Source: an uncultured Gammaproteobacteria bacterium (GTDB lineage Bacteria > Patescibacteriota > Patescibacteriia > Magasanikbacterales > UBA922). From it: a stretch of DNA of 43,352 nucleotides. The first letter of the stretch is position 1. Every line of letters starts with the position of its first letter. Below are positions 42,958 through 43,352 of the stretch, piece after piece. The notes under the pieces are model-generated. The model searched no databases, was not told the origin of the DNA, and saw only the letters and a program-made list of their open reading frames with translations. The stretch covers positions 1,713 to 45,064 of the forward strand of contig CAZYEQ010000001.1 in the NCBI GenBank assembly GCA_964646505.1. Reading direction: 5' to 3'. Made by a program: the position numbers and the translations under genes.

Positions 42958-43352
42958 ATGCGCTATCTTTTTTTTCTAGGACGTGAGGGAGATATTGCCG
43001 AAGCAGAGCTTCGCGCTCTTTTTGTTCGTTTTCATGTTACCGGGGCAACAAAACGCCTCGGCGAACACCTTCTTTTCGAAGGAGACGTGCTTCCTGTAAA
43101 AGAAATTATGAACTGCGCGGGGAGTATTGTTAAAATTGCCGAGGAGGCCCCTGGACACGGAACGCGCGAAGAACAAATTGTAACGCTTCTTACCACACAT
43201 GAAAAAACCTCAAAACTTTCTTTTGCGGTGCAGGGTGATGGTGTGTCCCCACGCTTGGCAATTGACATCAAAAAAAAAGTGCGGGGACTCGGGAAATCAG
43301 TACGTGCGGTGACCATAAAAAACAGCGCGTCAATCTTCCACAATAATCTCAT
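42958..43352 (+). CDS. hypothetical protein, N-terminal 131 codons (runs off the window), possibly a THUMP-like/RNA-methylase N-domain
   Basis: Absent from the ORF track because it is open-ended. My translation is MRYLFFLGREGDIAEAELRALFVRFHVTGATKRLGEHLLFEGDV...KKVRGLGKSVRAVTIKNSASIFHNNL. It has its own promoter. The functional guess is weak. Confidence 0.6.
   Translation, partial: MRYLFFLGREGDIAEAELRALFVRFHVTGATKRLGEHLLFEGDVLPVKEIMNCAGSIVKIAEEAPGHGTREEQIVTLLTTHEKTSKLSFAVQGDGVSPRLAIDIKKKVRGLGKSVRAVTIKNSASIFHNNL

Noticed and set aside
1-43352. Search for CRISPR arrays, rRNA genes, transposases, IS inverted repeats and prophage structural genes.
   Set aside because: I saw no regularly spaced direct repeats, no rRNA-like conserved stretches and no DDE or HUH transposase-like ORFs. 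The only recombinase is XerC/XerD-like.
43032-43352. The 106-aa minus-strand ORF, and 42976-43200, at the right edge.
   Set aside because: The plus-strand frame from ATG 42958 has its own TTGACG-N17-TACAGT promoter and a much more protein-like translation. The minus-strand ORFs are probably its shadows.

Overview
The window is a compact, gene-dense bacterial segment. By inference from gene content and architecture it is a Patescibacteria/CPR-like genome. Housekeeping genes (ftsH, rpsA, gyrA, ruvA, rsmE, ileS, rpiB, rpe, trxB, rpsF-ssb-rpsR, tRNA-Arg, tRNA-His, a xerC/D-like recombinase) surround one large accessory surface locus. That locus is a 12.8-kb co-directional minus-strand block (35970 to 23196). 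It holds two prepilin-type pseudopilins, one of them 598 aa, then a PilX-like protein, galU, and a tandem array of 12 diverged paralogs (23196-31298). Each paralog has a signal peptide plus a two-helix core with the loop motif W-M-T-A-R-G-N-E-D, which resembles VirB2/TrbC pilins. Six paralogs carry Cys-rich N- or C-terminal modules, and an orphan solute-binding lipoprotein sits inside the array. No type IV secretion ATPase or channel gene is present in the window. pilB-pilC-pilM-pilN-pilO-like genes lie just across the rpsF-ssb-rpsR operon. Other notable items are a well-formed candidate T-box leader upstream of ileS, a GC-rich small gene with its own strong promoter and terminator, and an A/T-rich ATP-grasp / Fem-like / RimK triad. 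There is also a 0.67-kb A/T-rich gap with overlapping divergent promoters and micro-ORFs, and many near-consensus sigma70-type promoters placed so close to start codons that the mRNAs may be leaderless. I saw no CRISPR array, rRNA gene or transposase. All family assignments come from motifs read by eye and need HMM or structure confirmation.
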